Below are positions 24,651 to 36,240 of a stretch of 64,000 nucleotides of DNA, one piece after another. The stretch's first letter is position 1. Each line of letters opens with the position of its first letter. The DNA is from Haliotis rubra. Its lineage: Eukaryota. The stretch covers positions 620,001 through 684,000 of the forward strand of contig NW_025767701.1 in assembly GCF_003918875.1 (NCBI RefSeq), written 5' to 3'. The notes under the pieces are model-generated. The model had not been told where the DNA came from. It saw nothing but the letters and a program-made list of their open reading frames with translations, and ran no database searches. A program made the position numbers and the translations under genes.

Positions 24651-25173
24651 CTGCAAGGATTGACGTTAGAGAATGAACGAAGGCAAGACAAACCATGCCA
24701 TGACTGACATGAGGTGAGGTGAGGGAGTGAGTTTAGTTATACGCCGCACTCAGCGGTAGTCTGTAAATAATCGAGTCTGGACCAGACAATCCAATTCCAA
24801 CAGCATGAGCATCGATCTACGCATTTGGGAAACGATGACATGTGTCAACCAAGTCAGCGAGCCTGACTACCCGATCCCGTTAGTCGCCTCTTACGACAAG
24901 CATAGTCGCCTTTTGTGGCAAGCATGGGTTGCTGAAGACCTATTCTACCCCGGATCTTCAAGGGTCGACTGACAAAAGAGAATTAAGAGAAGATAGTGAC
25001 GAATCGGGTATTGCAAGTATGATAACACAGACAATATTAAACATTTGACCATCCAGGATGAAGATCCAGGATCATGATACATGATTCAAACATGTCTCCC
25101 TTCAGATATTTGTAAAATGACTGTCGAATCTGGTCATTTGTTGTGATGGAGGCGTACATCCAACGTTCCTCAC

Positions 25174-25325
25174 CTTCATGGCTAACGGTAGCGTTGTTGA
25201 TGGTGTAGTTGCCCAATTTGTTGCCGTCACTGAGTCCGTCTAAGAAAGCTTTTGTTACACTGTCGCCGGTCACGTTGTTGCTGCTGTTGAACTCCGCCGT
25301 GTAACTGACGACGATGCTGCCTTGG
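25174..25325 (-). CDS. SEA-mucin gene, SEA2 C-terminal exon (SQGSIVVSYTAEF...)
   Basis: Acceptor TCTCTAG, donor GTGAGG, 152 nt, phase 2-1; GSIVV motif. Confidence 0.92.
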
Positions 25326-25367
25326 CTAGAGACATACAAGGTTAAATAACATTGAGAGATTATAGGC

Positions 25368-25532
25368 ATTGAATATGGTTTTACGTCGCTTTCAGCACTT
25401 ATCTCAGACATTCACCACTTCGGCAAAATCATATATGATGCTTACAAACACGAAATCAAAGGTTTCTTGCGTGTCCAAGGGACGTAACTCTTCACGGCCA
25501 ATTGCAGCGCTTCATACTATTTGGCACAGTGG
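25368..25532 (-). mobile_element. SINE family D, degenerate copy (cf. 40295-40554)
   Basis: Shares gcgtgtccaagggacgYaactct core and a family-A/C-like tail with the 40.3-40.55 kb copy. Confidence 0.5.
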
Positions 25533-25581
25533 TTCGAATCATTTTGTGGACAATATTTTTAGAAATACAAATCTAGATCAC

Positions 25582-25649
25582 CTGAATGTCATGACGGAGA
25601 TCCCCTGGTACAGTCCCTTCAGACTACTGGTCATGTACAGGCCATCCAG
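25582..25649 (-). CDS. SEA-mucin gene, SEA2 middle exon (LDGLYMTSSLKGLYQGISVMTF)
   Basis: Acceptor GTTCCAG, donor GTGATC, 68 nt, phase 0-2. Confidence 0.88.
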
Positions 25650-26134
25650 CTGGAACAACAAGGGAAACATGTCTACACACAGAACATGAGAAGCAGGACG
25701 TGCTGGAGACTTTCTTCAGGTAACTATTTCTCTTTGTGTTTTTTGTTCCTTTACAACATATTTTTCAAAGGTAATATTGCTGTAGTATATCGAACGTACA
25801 ATCTAGGAGTGAGTGAGTGAGTCTACAAAGCTTTCAGCAATATTCCAGCTATATGACGGCGGGGGACACCAGAAATGGGCTGTACATGTTTAGATACTTT
25901 ACGATTTAATCATATTACATATATTTTCACAGCTTCATATCCCATAAATTAACCTGTTTCTAAAGATAAAGACATTTCATAATTTTTAAATGTTATATAA
26001 ATCCATTGTTTCTGGTACAAAATAGGTTATTATATACAGTGTAATTATAATTACAATATTTCCAAGCTTCCCAGAAGATTTGGTGGCAATGTTTGAAACC
26101 CATTTCTACTGTCCCCCGCAGAGATATTGCTGGA

Positions 26135-26300
26135 CTGACTGACTGAGTATGGTTTTACGCCGTTTTCAGCAATATTCCAGCAATATCACGGCGGTGTACA
26201 CCAGAAATGGGCTTCACAAATTGTACCCATGTGGGGAATCGAACCCGGGCCTTCGGCGTGACGAGCGAACGCTTTAACCACTAGGCTACCCCACCACCCC
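26135..26300 (-). mobile_element. Young family-A SINE nested in an older, oppositely oriented family-A copy
   Basis: 13-bp TSD agatattgctgga at 26122-26134 and 26301-26313. Confidence 0.9.
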
Positions 26301-26471
26301 AGATATTGCTGGAATATTAAAAAGCGGCATCAAGATAAACTCACTCACTCATTTCGTGGTCAATACCTTATGCCAAAGAGAGCAGTCACAGATTCGACAG
26401 CATAAGTGTGCGCGTCTCCTGTCATATCATGGTGGGTTTAAAGCGCTTTGCTATTGTGCTGTTTGACTTAC

Positions 26472-29400
26472 CTTTTGTTGGAGATCCTGCTTCAGGTTCA
26501 GGTACTGAGGGGAGGACATGTTCAGAAGTTCCTCGGTGAAGTTGCGACCCTCAACGATGGAGAACGTGCCTTCCACATCCATTACCGGTGCTGCTGTGGT
26601 TGTTGGAGCAGTCGTGGTAGTAGGTGTCACCATTGTAGAGGATGTCATCACCTCTGTTGTTGATGGAGAAATGGACGAAGTGGAGCTGGTTGGTGCCAAC
26701 ACAGGACTTGAAGAGGACATTGATGAGGAGGACATTGATGATGGAAGCGGTTCAGCTGAAGATGTCATACTGGCGGTTGTAGTCATAGCAACAGGCAAGC
26801 TTGAAATCTCCACTGAAGGCAAGGGTAATAGCGTCGATGAAGATGGTGGAGTAGAGGACATCGAATCAACCATTGAACTCGTCATCATGGGTGGTGCGCT
26901 ACTGGATTCAACCATTGAACTTGTAACGACACCTATTACACTGCTTGATTCAGCCATTGAACTTGTAACGGCAACAGGTGCGCTGCTTGATTCAACCATC
27001 GAACTTGTAACGGCAACAGGTGCGCTGCTGGATTCAACCATTGATTTTGTAACGACAACAGGTGCACTGCTTGATTCAACCATCGAACTTGTAACGGCAA
27101 CAGGTGCACTGCTTGATTCAATCATTGAACTGGTAGCGACACCTAGTACACTGCTTGATTCAACCATTGAACTTGTAACAACACCTAGTACACTACTTGA
27201 TTCAACCATTGATTTTGTAATGACAATAGGTGCGCTGCTTGATTCAACCATTGAACTTGTGACAGCAACTGGTGTACTGCTTGATTCAACCATTGAACTT
27301 GTAACAGCAACTGGTGCACTGCTGGATTCAACCATCGAACTTGTAACGACAACAGTTGGACCGCCTGACTCCATCACGGGACTGGTCGATTCGATTGCGT
27401 AGGATGCAATATACGTTGTTACACTCAGTGAGTCCACTGAAGACGATGCTTCCAAAGGTGTCTTGGCTAAGGATGGGTGCATGCTGGACATTTCACTAGA
27501 CATTCCTGACGCTGCAGGCACACTCGTGGAGGAGAACTCGGGAACAAACACCCCAGACGTAGGCGTTGATGAGGACGTTGCTGCGACGGTGCTGGTGGCA
27601 GGCGGGACGACCACGACAGAGGATGACGAGTCCGTGGGTGGGATGCTGGGTACAGCGCTGAAGGATGAGGAATCCGTGGGCAACAGAACTGACTCAGATG
27701 ACGACGACATCATTGTCTGCGACTGCATTACTTTTGTGGAGACTGGCAGGGCTGACGTTGGAGGCTGTATTTCCATAGATGTCGTTTCTATAGCAACAGG
27801 AGTCGACGAGGACATTGGGAGTGAAGACGCCTGGGCAACCTGACCTGTTGTGATGGGAGGGGTAATGATGACAGGAACGGATGACGTCACAGAAGACATG
27901 ATGCTTGAGTGTGTAGGCATCGTAGGCATGGCTGTTGCTGAGCTGACCATGTCTGTCGCCATTTGTGTGTAACCGATGTTCTCCGACATAGATTGCGTAG
28001 ACACTTGAACTAATTCTGATGCTGATGATGAAGGATATGTTAATGAAGACGGAAGGAAATCCAAGACCGGTGTAGACACAAACGTGGAGGTAGTCACGTG
28101 GGGCTGTACATAGTCGCCGGAACTTGAGGTCGCTGAGGCACTGTAGGACGATTCAGTTGCCATGACGTAGGACGATTGTTCCATAGTTTGAGATGTTGCC
28201 ATATGGTCTGCAGATGACGGTTGGACAACAATAATTCCACCGTCCGTTGACATACCAGAAGATGTTTCCATAAGCCCGGCTGACGTACTAGCAGATGACG
28301 TTGCCATGACTTGACTTGTGGCCATCACAGACCCAGATAACTGTTGCGTGGCTGCAAGGGTGGAATCGGACATCATGACAGCTGACGATGATTCCATGGA
28401 GGAATATGCCTCGCTGGGATATCCAGCCACAGCAGATGTTGTGACCATCTGCGACATGTCCTTACTACTTGCTACCGGCTTCAACTCTTCACTCGATGAC
28501 ACTGACGACAAAACGGAGCTGGACACAGAAGATGACATTTGTGCCACAACTGACACACTGCTGGTCGACACAACAGACATTTTCTCTGAACCTCCTGGCG
28601 TCACGGCTAAACGTGATGAAGACATGGGTGTCTCCGTCGTAGATGTTTCTAATGGCCGTGTTGCGTCAACTTGCGGTAGTGCTGGTGTTGCTGAAAACTG
28701 ACTAGATTCAACAGACATTGTTGCTACTGCCTTTACTGTAGACGATTCCATGGTTGGCGATGTGGAAGGAGCCTGTGCTGAGGACTGGGGAGATGAGGTC
28801 ACTGCTGAAGGAACGACCACAACAACGGGTGTACTTGAGTCAGGTAGAGGTGTTGAGGGTGGTGTGATTTCACTGGACGATGTTGCAATGGCAGCAGGTG
28901 ACGAGGACGAAAGTGAAGCTGAGCTTGTAGGTACAACTTGACTAGAAGACTCCTGCAATGCTGATGCTGATATTGCGTGACTAGACGTTTCAACACCGGG
29001 CGCTGGTCTGGACACTGGTGTTGCAGACTGTGCAGAACTGGACTCCAAAAGAGAAGACGAAGATGAAGACACTATCATGGACGAAGACATGGACGTGGTC
29101 TGCATGTCCACAACACTGGATTGACTTGTTGAAAGCATAATATCACTCGATGTCACTTGTTGGTTTGAACCTTGCACTGATGAAGACTGGACATCGACAA
29201 ACCCAGCTTCTAAAGATGTTACCACCACTGCTTGGGATGATGATGGTGCGAGTGCTTGTTCAGATGTTGACTCCAGCTGCATCACAGATGATGACGCTTC
29301 TGCCATGGAACTTGATTGATCAGCCTGACTAGAGGTTCCGAGGGCACCTGCATCTGAGACACGTGATGATGCGGCTGCATCAGGTACAACACTTGAGGAG

Positions 29401-29839
29401 GGGAGCACTGGGGAAGCAGAGCTGGAGGCTGCTGCTGCTGCTGTTGCTGCTGCAGACAAGGTTGAGGTGGACATCAGGTACTCGGACGAGGACACTTTAT
29501 CTCCAGTCATCGATGAGGAGACTGGTCCTTGGGCCTGCAAAGATGAAGTTGATGTTGACTCAGTTGACGATGAAGAAATAGCTTGGTATGAGCTTGATGA
29601 GCTTGCTGAGCTCGATGTTGTCATCTCAGACTGTTGCATTGAGGACGAGACTTGAGTGAGAGTTACATTAGTCACTTCGCTGATCATTGTAGTCGTTATC
29701 TGCGATGTAGACGTTGACTCCACGACGACTTCCTGAGACGAAGAGGGCATAATGGAGGAAGACGACATTGCTGACGTTGATTCTAACAGTACAGTCATGG
29801 TCGCTGACGTCGTCGAAATCTGGCTTGACGTGAGTGCAA
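26472..29839 (-). CDS. SEA-mucin gene, giant 3,368-nt Ser/Thr-rich exon ending in the SEA2 N-terminus
   Basis: Lies within the 1,138-aa ORF; acceptor TTTCCTTCAG, donor AAG|GTAAGT, phase 1-0; ends VEGTFSIVEGRNFTEELLNMSSPQYLNLKQDLQQK (SEA beta1/alpha1 pattern). Confidence 0.95.
26860..27350 (-). repeat. Coding VNTR: 42-bp units encoding ~VTSSMVESSSAPVA, about 11-12 copies
   Basis: Visible in both the DNA (cttgattcaaccattgaacttgtaac...) and the translation. Confidence 0.92.
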
Positions 29840-30392
29840 CTGAAGGAAATGGACAAAATACATTCATATGAAACTGCTATTGATAGGTTTCGAGTGCAAA
29901 TATCAGTAGGAGTCTGCGATGTGGAAATATAGTGTTGTTAGCTCTAAATGTGACCAATCGAATACATACTTCACAAATTTAGAAAAATACCACAATCTTT
30001 GGCAGTTTATGTTGGATAGTCCACAGTCACACATGCCGAAATGGGTATTCTTCGAACATCCAAAGGTTTATATCCAACCCTTATATCGAGATAATGGAAT
30101 TTGAGTTAACCAAATCTCACTCAGTACCAAAAGAATCAACACAGAGAGACCGAGGTAAGGCTCCGTGCAATTAGTATTCGTGGTGGGTTGGGTTGGGATT
30201 TTTAATTTGAATAATTTCTGCAACACAATACTTGAAAAATATTATCATATGCTTCTCCTGCCGTGATATTATTGGAATATTGCTAAAAGCGGCATAAAAC
30301 CATACTCATTCACTCACTATTGCCATATGCCATAGTTATATATAAATACTTCTTATAATTTGGCAGCAGTTGAATACGTTTAAACTACTTAC

Positions 30393-30520
30393 TTCTGATA
30401 GTGGCTGTCATGTTACACATGGAATGGCTACCAGGGTTCAAGGCCGTCTGAAGGTCGCCAAGGCTAGTTCCTGGCAGATGTATGGTTACATCGACGTCAA
30501 TGCCATTCGGTAGTCCTTGG
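30393..30520 (-). CDS. SEA-mucin gene, SEA1 C-terminal exon (SQGLPNGIDVDVTIHLP...MCNMTATIR)
   Basis: Acceptor TTTTGTTTCAG, donor GTAAGT, 128 nt, phase 2-1, open frame. Confidence 0.88.
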
Positions 30521-30892
30521 CTGAAACAAAATGTGACATTTTAAATTTATAGAAACGACAAACAGTGTGTCGGTTTTACCTACTTCTTAGATCCACTGCT
30601 CAACACCTCCACTGGTACTCACTAACATCATCATCATCAAACCCATTTCAGGAACTGGTACGGTGTTAAATGAACACTAGCTGTTCATCATCATCATCAT
30701 CATCTCAGGCCTAAGAATACTTAGAAATTGCTGGTGTGCCCCCGCGTACACGATCGCTGTACCTAATTGTGCTAGGGCTACTAAAAAGGCTCTTCGACAA
30801 CCATACAACTTCAAAACAAAAATCTTTGACATGAAATGGAATACGATGCACATTCTGAAAACATATTTATTCCTGGAACTGGTAACTTCCAG

Positions 30893-30999
30893 GGTGCGGT
30901 TGTACAAAGCGATCTTAGCACAAAGGTGATCGTAGCTTCCATACCTTAACATAGACTTACGATAGCCTTAGCACTAAGGTTGTTTTGTACAACGGCACC
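30893..30999. mobile_element. PIF/Harbinger-like MITE
   Basis: TIR GGTGCGGTTGTACAAA / TTTGTACAACGGCACC; 3-bp TSD CAG on both sides. A related, eroded copy lies at ~61420-61522. Confidence 0.75.
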
Positions 31000-31126
31000 C
31001 AGGTTTGTAAGTTTGGTGTTTGGCTTAACTACATAGCACTGTATTATCTACGCTGGTAGAGCCAACTATTGGCGAACTTTGACTTCCTGACTCGGGGATA
31101 ACGACGTCTCTCCTTCTTCACGGTTT

Positions 31127-31431
31127 GGGGCGGTGGTGTAGCCTGGTGGTTATGGCGTTCGCTCGTCACGCCGAAGACCCGGTTCGATTCCCCACATGGG
31201 TACAATGTATTAAGCCCATTTCTGGTGCCCCCGCCGTGATATTGCTGGAATGCTGCTAAAAGAGGCGTAAAATCCAACTCACTCACTCACTACTATTGCT
31301 GAATGAAGATGGAGATGGTAGACATGTAAGACATACGTTTGGTTGATTCCGCATGATGGGAACATAATGTAGAAATAGGAAAAGTGAATGAGTGTATCTT
31401 TGTTAAGTGACTCACTCACTCACTCACTCAC
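31127..31431 (+). mobile_element. Family-A SINE carrying a ~118-bp 3' transduction and a second (ACTC)n tail
   Basis: 12-bp TSD tcttcacggttt at 31115-31126 and 31432-31443 brackets SINE + unique DNA + second tail. Confidence 0.8.
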
Positions 31432-31454
31432 TCTTCACGGTTTCCCCCACCTAC

Positions 31455-31513
31455 CTGATCTGTGTCACAGCAACCCTCTCCACCTGCAGCGTCTCGTTCA
31501 GGTAACATGATAG
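31455..31513 (-). CDS. SEA-mucin gene, SEA1 middle exon (LSCYLNETLQVERVAVTQI)
   Basis: Acceptor TTTTGTTTCAG, donor GTAGGT, 59 nt, phase 0-2. Confidence 0.88.
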
Positions 31514-31695
31514 CTGAAACAAAACAGACGTATTTCAAGTGAAACCAAACAGACAACAAGGATAGGATCCATTATGGATCTATTGTAATATATGTTCAGT
31601 CAAATATATGTATGAGTGAGCTTAGTTTTATGCCGCTTTTCGCAATATTCCAGCATTTTCACCGCTGGTGACACCAGAAATGGGCTTCACACATT

Positions 31696-32051
31696 ATCTT
31701 ACCTCACACATAAATGTCGCTTTCTGATTGGCTGAGCGCTCTTCTATTATTTTCATTGTACCCCGCTTACAAGAGAGTAACATTTCAATGTACCCCGCTG
31801 TCAATGGCAACTCATTTGGTACTTCGTGGTAGTAATTCTTTATCTCGAATTACATTGAATCACGTATGATGTACGGAAATTACCGATGTTTTGCGAATGC
31901 AAATCGAAGGAAGGGAGACCTTAATCTGTTTTTCTTAGATAAAATAAAAGCTAAATACGTTGTTCACTGGTCCCTCGGGGCCCATGGGTTGATGTACCCT
32001 CGATGTTTGTTTATATTCCTTGAGCCCCTATCGTGACCAGTCGAGAACTTA
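31696..32051. mobile_element. Unclassified ~355-bp element inserted into a family-A SINE
   Basis: The SINE breaks at ...cttcacacatt (31695) and resumes at attgtaccc (~32052); ttctgattggctg near one end and an imperfect hairpin near the other. Confidence 0.65.
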
Positions 32052-33445
32052 TATTGTACCCATGCGGAAAATCGAACCCTGGTCGTTGGCGTGACGAGCA
32101 AGCGCTTTAACCACGAGGCTACCCCACCGCTCCAGTCAGACATGAACCATGTTTAGAGCGTCTGAATGTCACAGAATTGATGTAGGTGTCGGGAATGTAC
32201 ATTTAACAATATTCAGGTGGAAATTCTAAAGATAAGAATGGGATAATTGGAAAATGCCATTCACGATGATCAGACTTGCTGTGTTGTGGGTTTTTTTTGA
32301 CAACACCATGACAATACCATGAGTTTTAGTTGAAACAAGCGGCGTTAAAACTGTGACATTTGTTCATATATGCGATAGTCTGAATTGCTTCCATAAATGT
32401 GGCTTAAACATCGGGTTTGTTCTGACAAGACTAAGTATTGATCGAAATAAATATTTCATTCAACTGGAATCCATCGAGTTTGCAGAAGGATGCGTTTTGT
32501 TTCGAATTTGGAATCAGCAAATATTACGAAGAACTTGTGAAAAAAAGCACCGGGAAGCAGTGACTATACCAGGAACGTTTAATTACAGCTCAAGTAGAGT
32601 CCTTTTATCACTCTCGTGTAACCACACTCTTTTATAACACGTGTTTTGCCTCATATGTTTAACAAAACTGTTTTTATCACACACGTCTCATACACTCGAT
32701 TAAATTCTTTGTTTGACTATTCATGAATCATGAATTAATGAATTAATGTCTGGAAATTTAACAATTTCCTCATCGGTAAACAATGGTGTAACATGCTCAG
32801 TTATTTCTGTTCAACAGGAAGTATCACCTGACATTGCTTGCTTATTCCGTGAGTTGGGCAGGAAAACATTTTGTCTTCTCACGACTTTAAAGGAGGACCA
32901 AGCCCCAGAATGACAAAAAGACGCAACCGTTTAAATGTAGAAAAACATAAAACAAATCCATTCAAAATCTCAATCCTAACCAAACATTCCGACATTCACT
33001 AACTTGTGTTTTGTTTAGTTTCGACTTTCTTGCCGCATCGCGTTGGCAAAGTTGAAGTATGACAGCTCTTAGTCTTGCATCTAACTTGCCAGTCAGTGTG
33101 AGTGAGTTGGGTTCAATGCTGATTTGAAAAATATTTTGGTTATCTCACGATGAGGTGAAATGCGTTATGACGCATGGCGTTTCACAGACAATCCAGTGAT
33201 CAACAGCATGAGCATCGATCTGCGCAATTGGGAACCGATGACATGCCTCAACAAGTCAGCGAGCCTGACCACCCGTTAGTAGCCTCTTACGACAAGCATG
33301 GGTTACTGAAGATCAATTCTAACCCAGATCTCACGGATATCTTGTGTAATAAGCATGTGAAGAAAGAGCAACAAGATGGAAGTTGAAGATAAAACACATT
33401 TTTGTGAAAATCTGGGTATTAATCAACAGTCAACCATAATCTTAC

Positions 33446-33561
33446 TTGTTTTGTTATGTCTGTGGCTGCTATAGAGAACGCCTGGTTTGTGATATCTGCA
33501 TACTCTGGATTCCACGGGTAGTCCTCCACGTTTATCACCACCCGCGCCTCATAACGGCTCT
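33446..33561 (-). CDS. SEA-mucin gene, SEA1 N-terminal exon (SRYEARVVINVEDYPWNPEYADITNQAFSIAATDITKQ)
   Basis: Acceptor TGTGTTTCAG, donor GTAAGA, 116 nt, phase 1-0; SEA-type W/F-x-x-x-Y-x-D...F pattern. Confidence 0.88.
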
Positions 33562-34716
33562 CTGAAACACACAGAACATCAACCGTCAATATGGGTGGGT
33601 GAGGAAAGATTTACTCTGTGGGGTAGCCTAGTGGTTAAAGCGTTCGCTCATCACATCGAAGACCTGGGTTCGAATCCCCACATGGATACAATGTCTTAAG
33701 CCTGTTTCTTAAGGCAGCGTAAAACTAAACTCACTCACTACTCTGATGTCAGCAATATCCGAGCAATCTAACGGCATAGGCATTGGAAATGAGGTTCACA
33801 CATTGTACCCAAGTGGGGAATCAAACCCAAGTTTTCGGCGTGACGAGAGAAGGCTTTAATATCTTGTCTACCCCACCGCTCAAAAGTGTGTTTGTATATG
33901 AATTAATATGGATTTACGTCCAGTCTGAGCTGCTTTTCGCAGTGATGCGATGTGCTTTAAAAAACAAAATTCAAAATGGTATTAAATTGCGGGACGAATT
34001 CCAGCACGCCCCGACTGATGTTAAATCAGAATCAGAGAATATATATTTTACTGAGAAAGTGTTATTCCAAATATAACGTGTTATAGAGAAATAAAACTAT
34101 TTTTACACAGACACACACACTCACTGACATGCTCACGCATGCTCGCATACACGCACGCACGTACACACGTATGTACGTACGTATAGATGTGTGCGTGCAT
34201 GTACCTGAAACAAAAACAAGACTTAAGTTTGTCTCCTACGGTTAATTTTCAAGCGGCCGAGAGACACCCCACTACGTGTCATCAAGGAAGGTTTACTGAT
34301 ATTCTCCGTGCCATATACATCAATATACGACATGGGGCTTGTTGTTTATTGCTATCTGAGAACACAATTTATGTCTGTAACGGTACAAGTCAAGCTGACC
34401 CGAATGAGTCTTTATGTGGTATTGACGTGTCCATGTTATCAGTGCGGGGCGTGCACGAGTGTGTGTTGGCGAGACTTATCTAGAGGAATGTCTGCTGAGG
34501 AGGGACGAGGACGTCATTACCTCGTATGTTATCTCAACAGTCACGAACCCTCCACAAAAGTCGATATTGTTACGCACGGCAATAAATAATTTTCACAGCT
34601 GACTGTTTATCTAATATGGTCTCCATGTTGTTATATCGAGTGTAGTTTTGGGGTGATTGCAATGTTTGTTTAGAGTTAATGGTGTTTGCCTGTTCTGGTA
34701 TGATGGTAGGACGATA

Positions 34717-34880
34717 TAATAATAATAATAATAATGTCACTTATAAAGCGCAAATGTCCACACACTTATGAATGCTCAATGCGCTGAAAAGAATTGAGTA
34801 AAAGAGTCAGACATAGGCACTTTGAAACAGGTGAGTTTTAACTTTTGACTTGAAGGTTGAGAGACTGCAGCGCCGAGAAG
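34717..34880 (-). mobile_element. L2-type LINE 3' end
   Basis: Minus strand reads FKSKVKTHLFQSAYV*, then gcgcattgag...gcgctttataag stem and a (TTA)n tail. Confidence 0.7.
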
Positions 34881-35907
34881 ACGCATTGTGGGGATCGGGT
34901 GGTCTTGTGGTCGGGTGATCGGGTGGCCTGTTTATTTTTAACATTCAACAACATTCTCTCACTCATTTATTCACATGTTATTTAAAAAGTTATTTTTTAT
35001 TTCTAACCGCTAACAAAACTCGACTGAGTGGTATTTTATGCCGCGTTCAGTTGCACGCCATGATCTTAGGCTGTGAATGAGTGAGTTCAGTTCGGCGTGA
35101 CGTTTCAACCACTAGGCTACCCCGCCGCCCCTTTTTTATGGCAGGGACATGGGCAAGTATATTGTTTATTATAGTTTACCATTTTAGGGTAGAGAACCGG
35201 GACCTATTGCTACGTGGGCGAACCCCTGAACCACTTTAGAAGAACTTCGAATTTCCTTAGAATATTTTACCATTTATCTGGCAATTTCGCGTCACTCAAC
35301 AGTATTTCAGGACATTTTACACAGCCATCCCCGTTTCACGCCTGTTCGTGTAGACAATGGAGTATTAATAGTTGTCAGGTAATTCTTACCGGAAGTGATA
35401 GAAATGTTAACGCCAGAAGCGTTTCACTTGTATTGACTTCGAGTGTGGACAAAACGATAAATAGGAGATTTATTATCAATCCCAGAAGCTTGCTTAATCG
35501 ATGTTGTCATGGAAACTGATAAACAACATGGAGACAATAGGGGTTCGGGTTGGGGGGCCTCTTAAATGACGAGGTAGGTGGTGTTGGGGAGCGGAGAAAT
35601 CGCTGTCCTGTTATTTCAGCTCCTACGACAGTCCACGCACAGACGTTGTTGTCGTTGAAATCAAAGAGCTAGCTGCTGTGCAGGTGACCGTGGTATTCAA
35701 GTAAAATACGATCGATACTTCGCCATGTCAGAGGAGCCCTGATTCGTGATCCTTTGATTTTGTCATTTACTCATCCAGGGACTACACTGGGTCACGTACA
35801 TACGTGTACGGTAATTGACTTGATTCATTGAATTCAATACTAGATTGTGATACGGGCAACAAACACTAGAATGTAACTGATGGGTAGGAGATGTCAGATC
35901 GTGATGA

Positions 35908-36240
35908 GGTGAGGTGAAATTGGGTTTACCGTCGTGCTTGAGAATATTTCGCTCATATGACAACGTGCATGCGTGTGTATGTGTATGTGCAGACTGAAGC
36001 TGGTTTTATAGTGCTAGCCCACTGTGATACCATGCCGCAGTGAAGCATGAATACCCCACTCAGACACATCATACTGACTCCGAGCCGACCAGTCCTTGTT
36101 ATACCCATTAATGCCGAGCGCCAGGCAGGGACCAACAAGTACCGTATTTTACCGTGTTTTGGTATGACGCGGTCGGGGATCGAACCAGCGACCTTCCGCC
36201 CTCCGGGCGGACGCTCTAACCACTACACCACGGAGGCGGT
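35908..36240 (-). mobile_element. Family-B SINE
   Basis: 14-bp TSD tcagatcgtgatga at 35894-35907 and 36241-36254. Confidence 0.92.

Noticed and set aside
26518-29655. Plus-strand ORFs up to 294 aa opposite the mucin exon
   Set aside because: Antisense shadows of low-complexity repeat codons; no splice or domain support.
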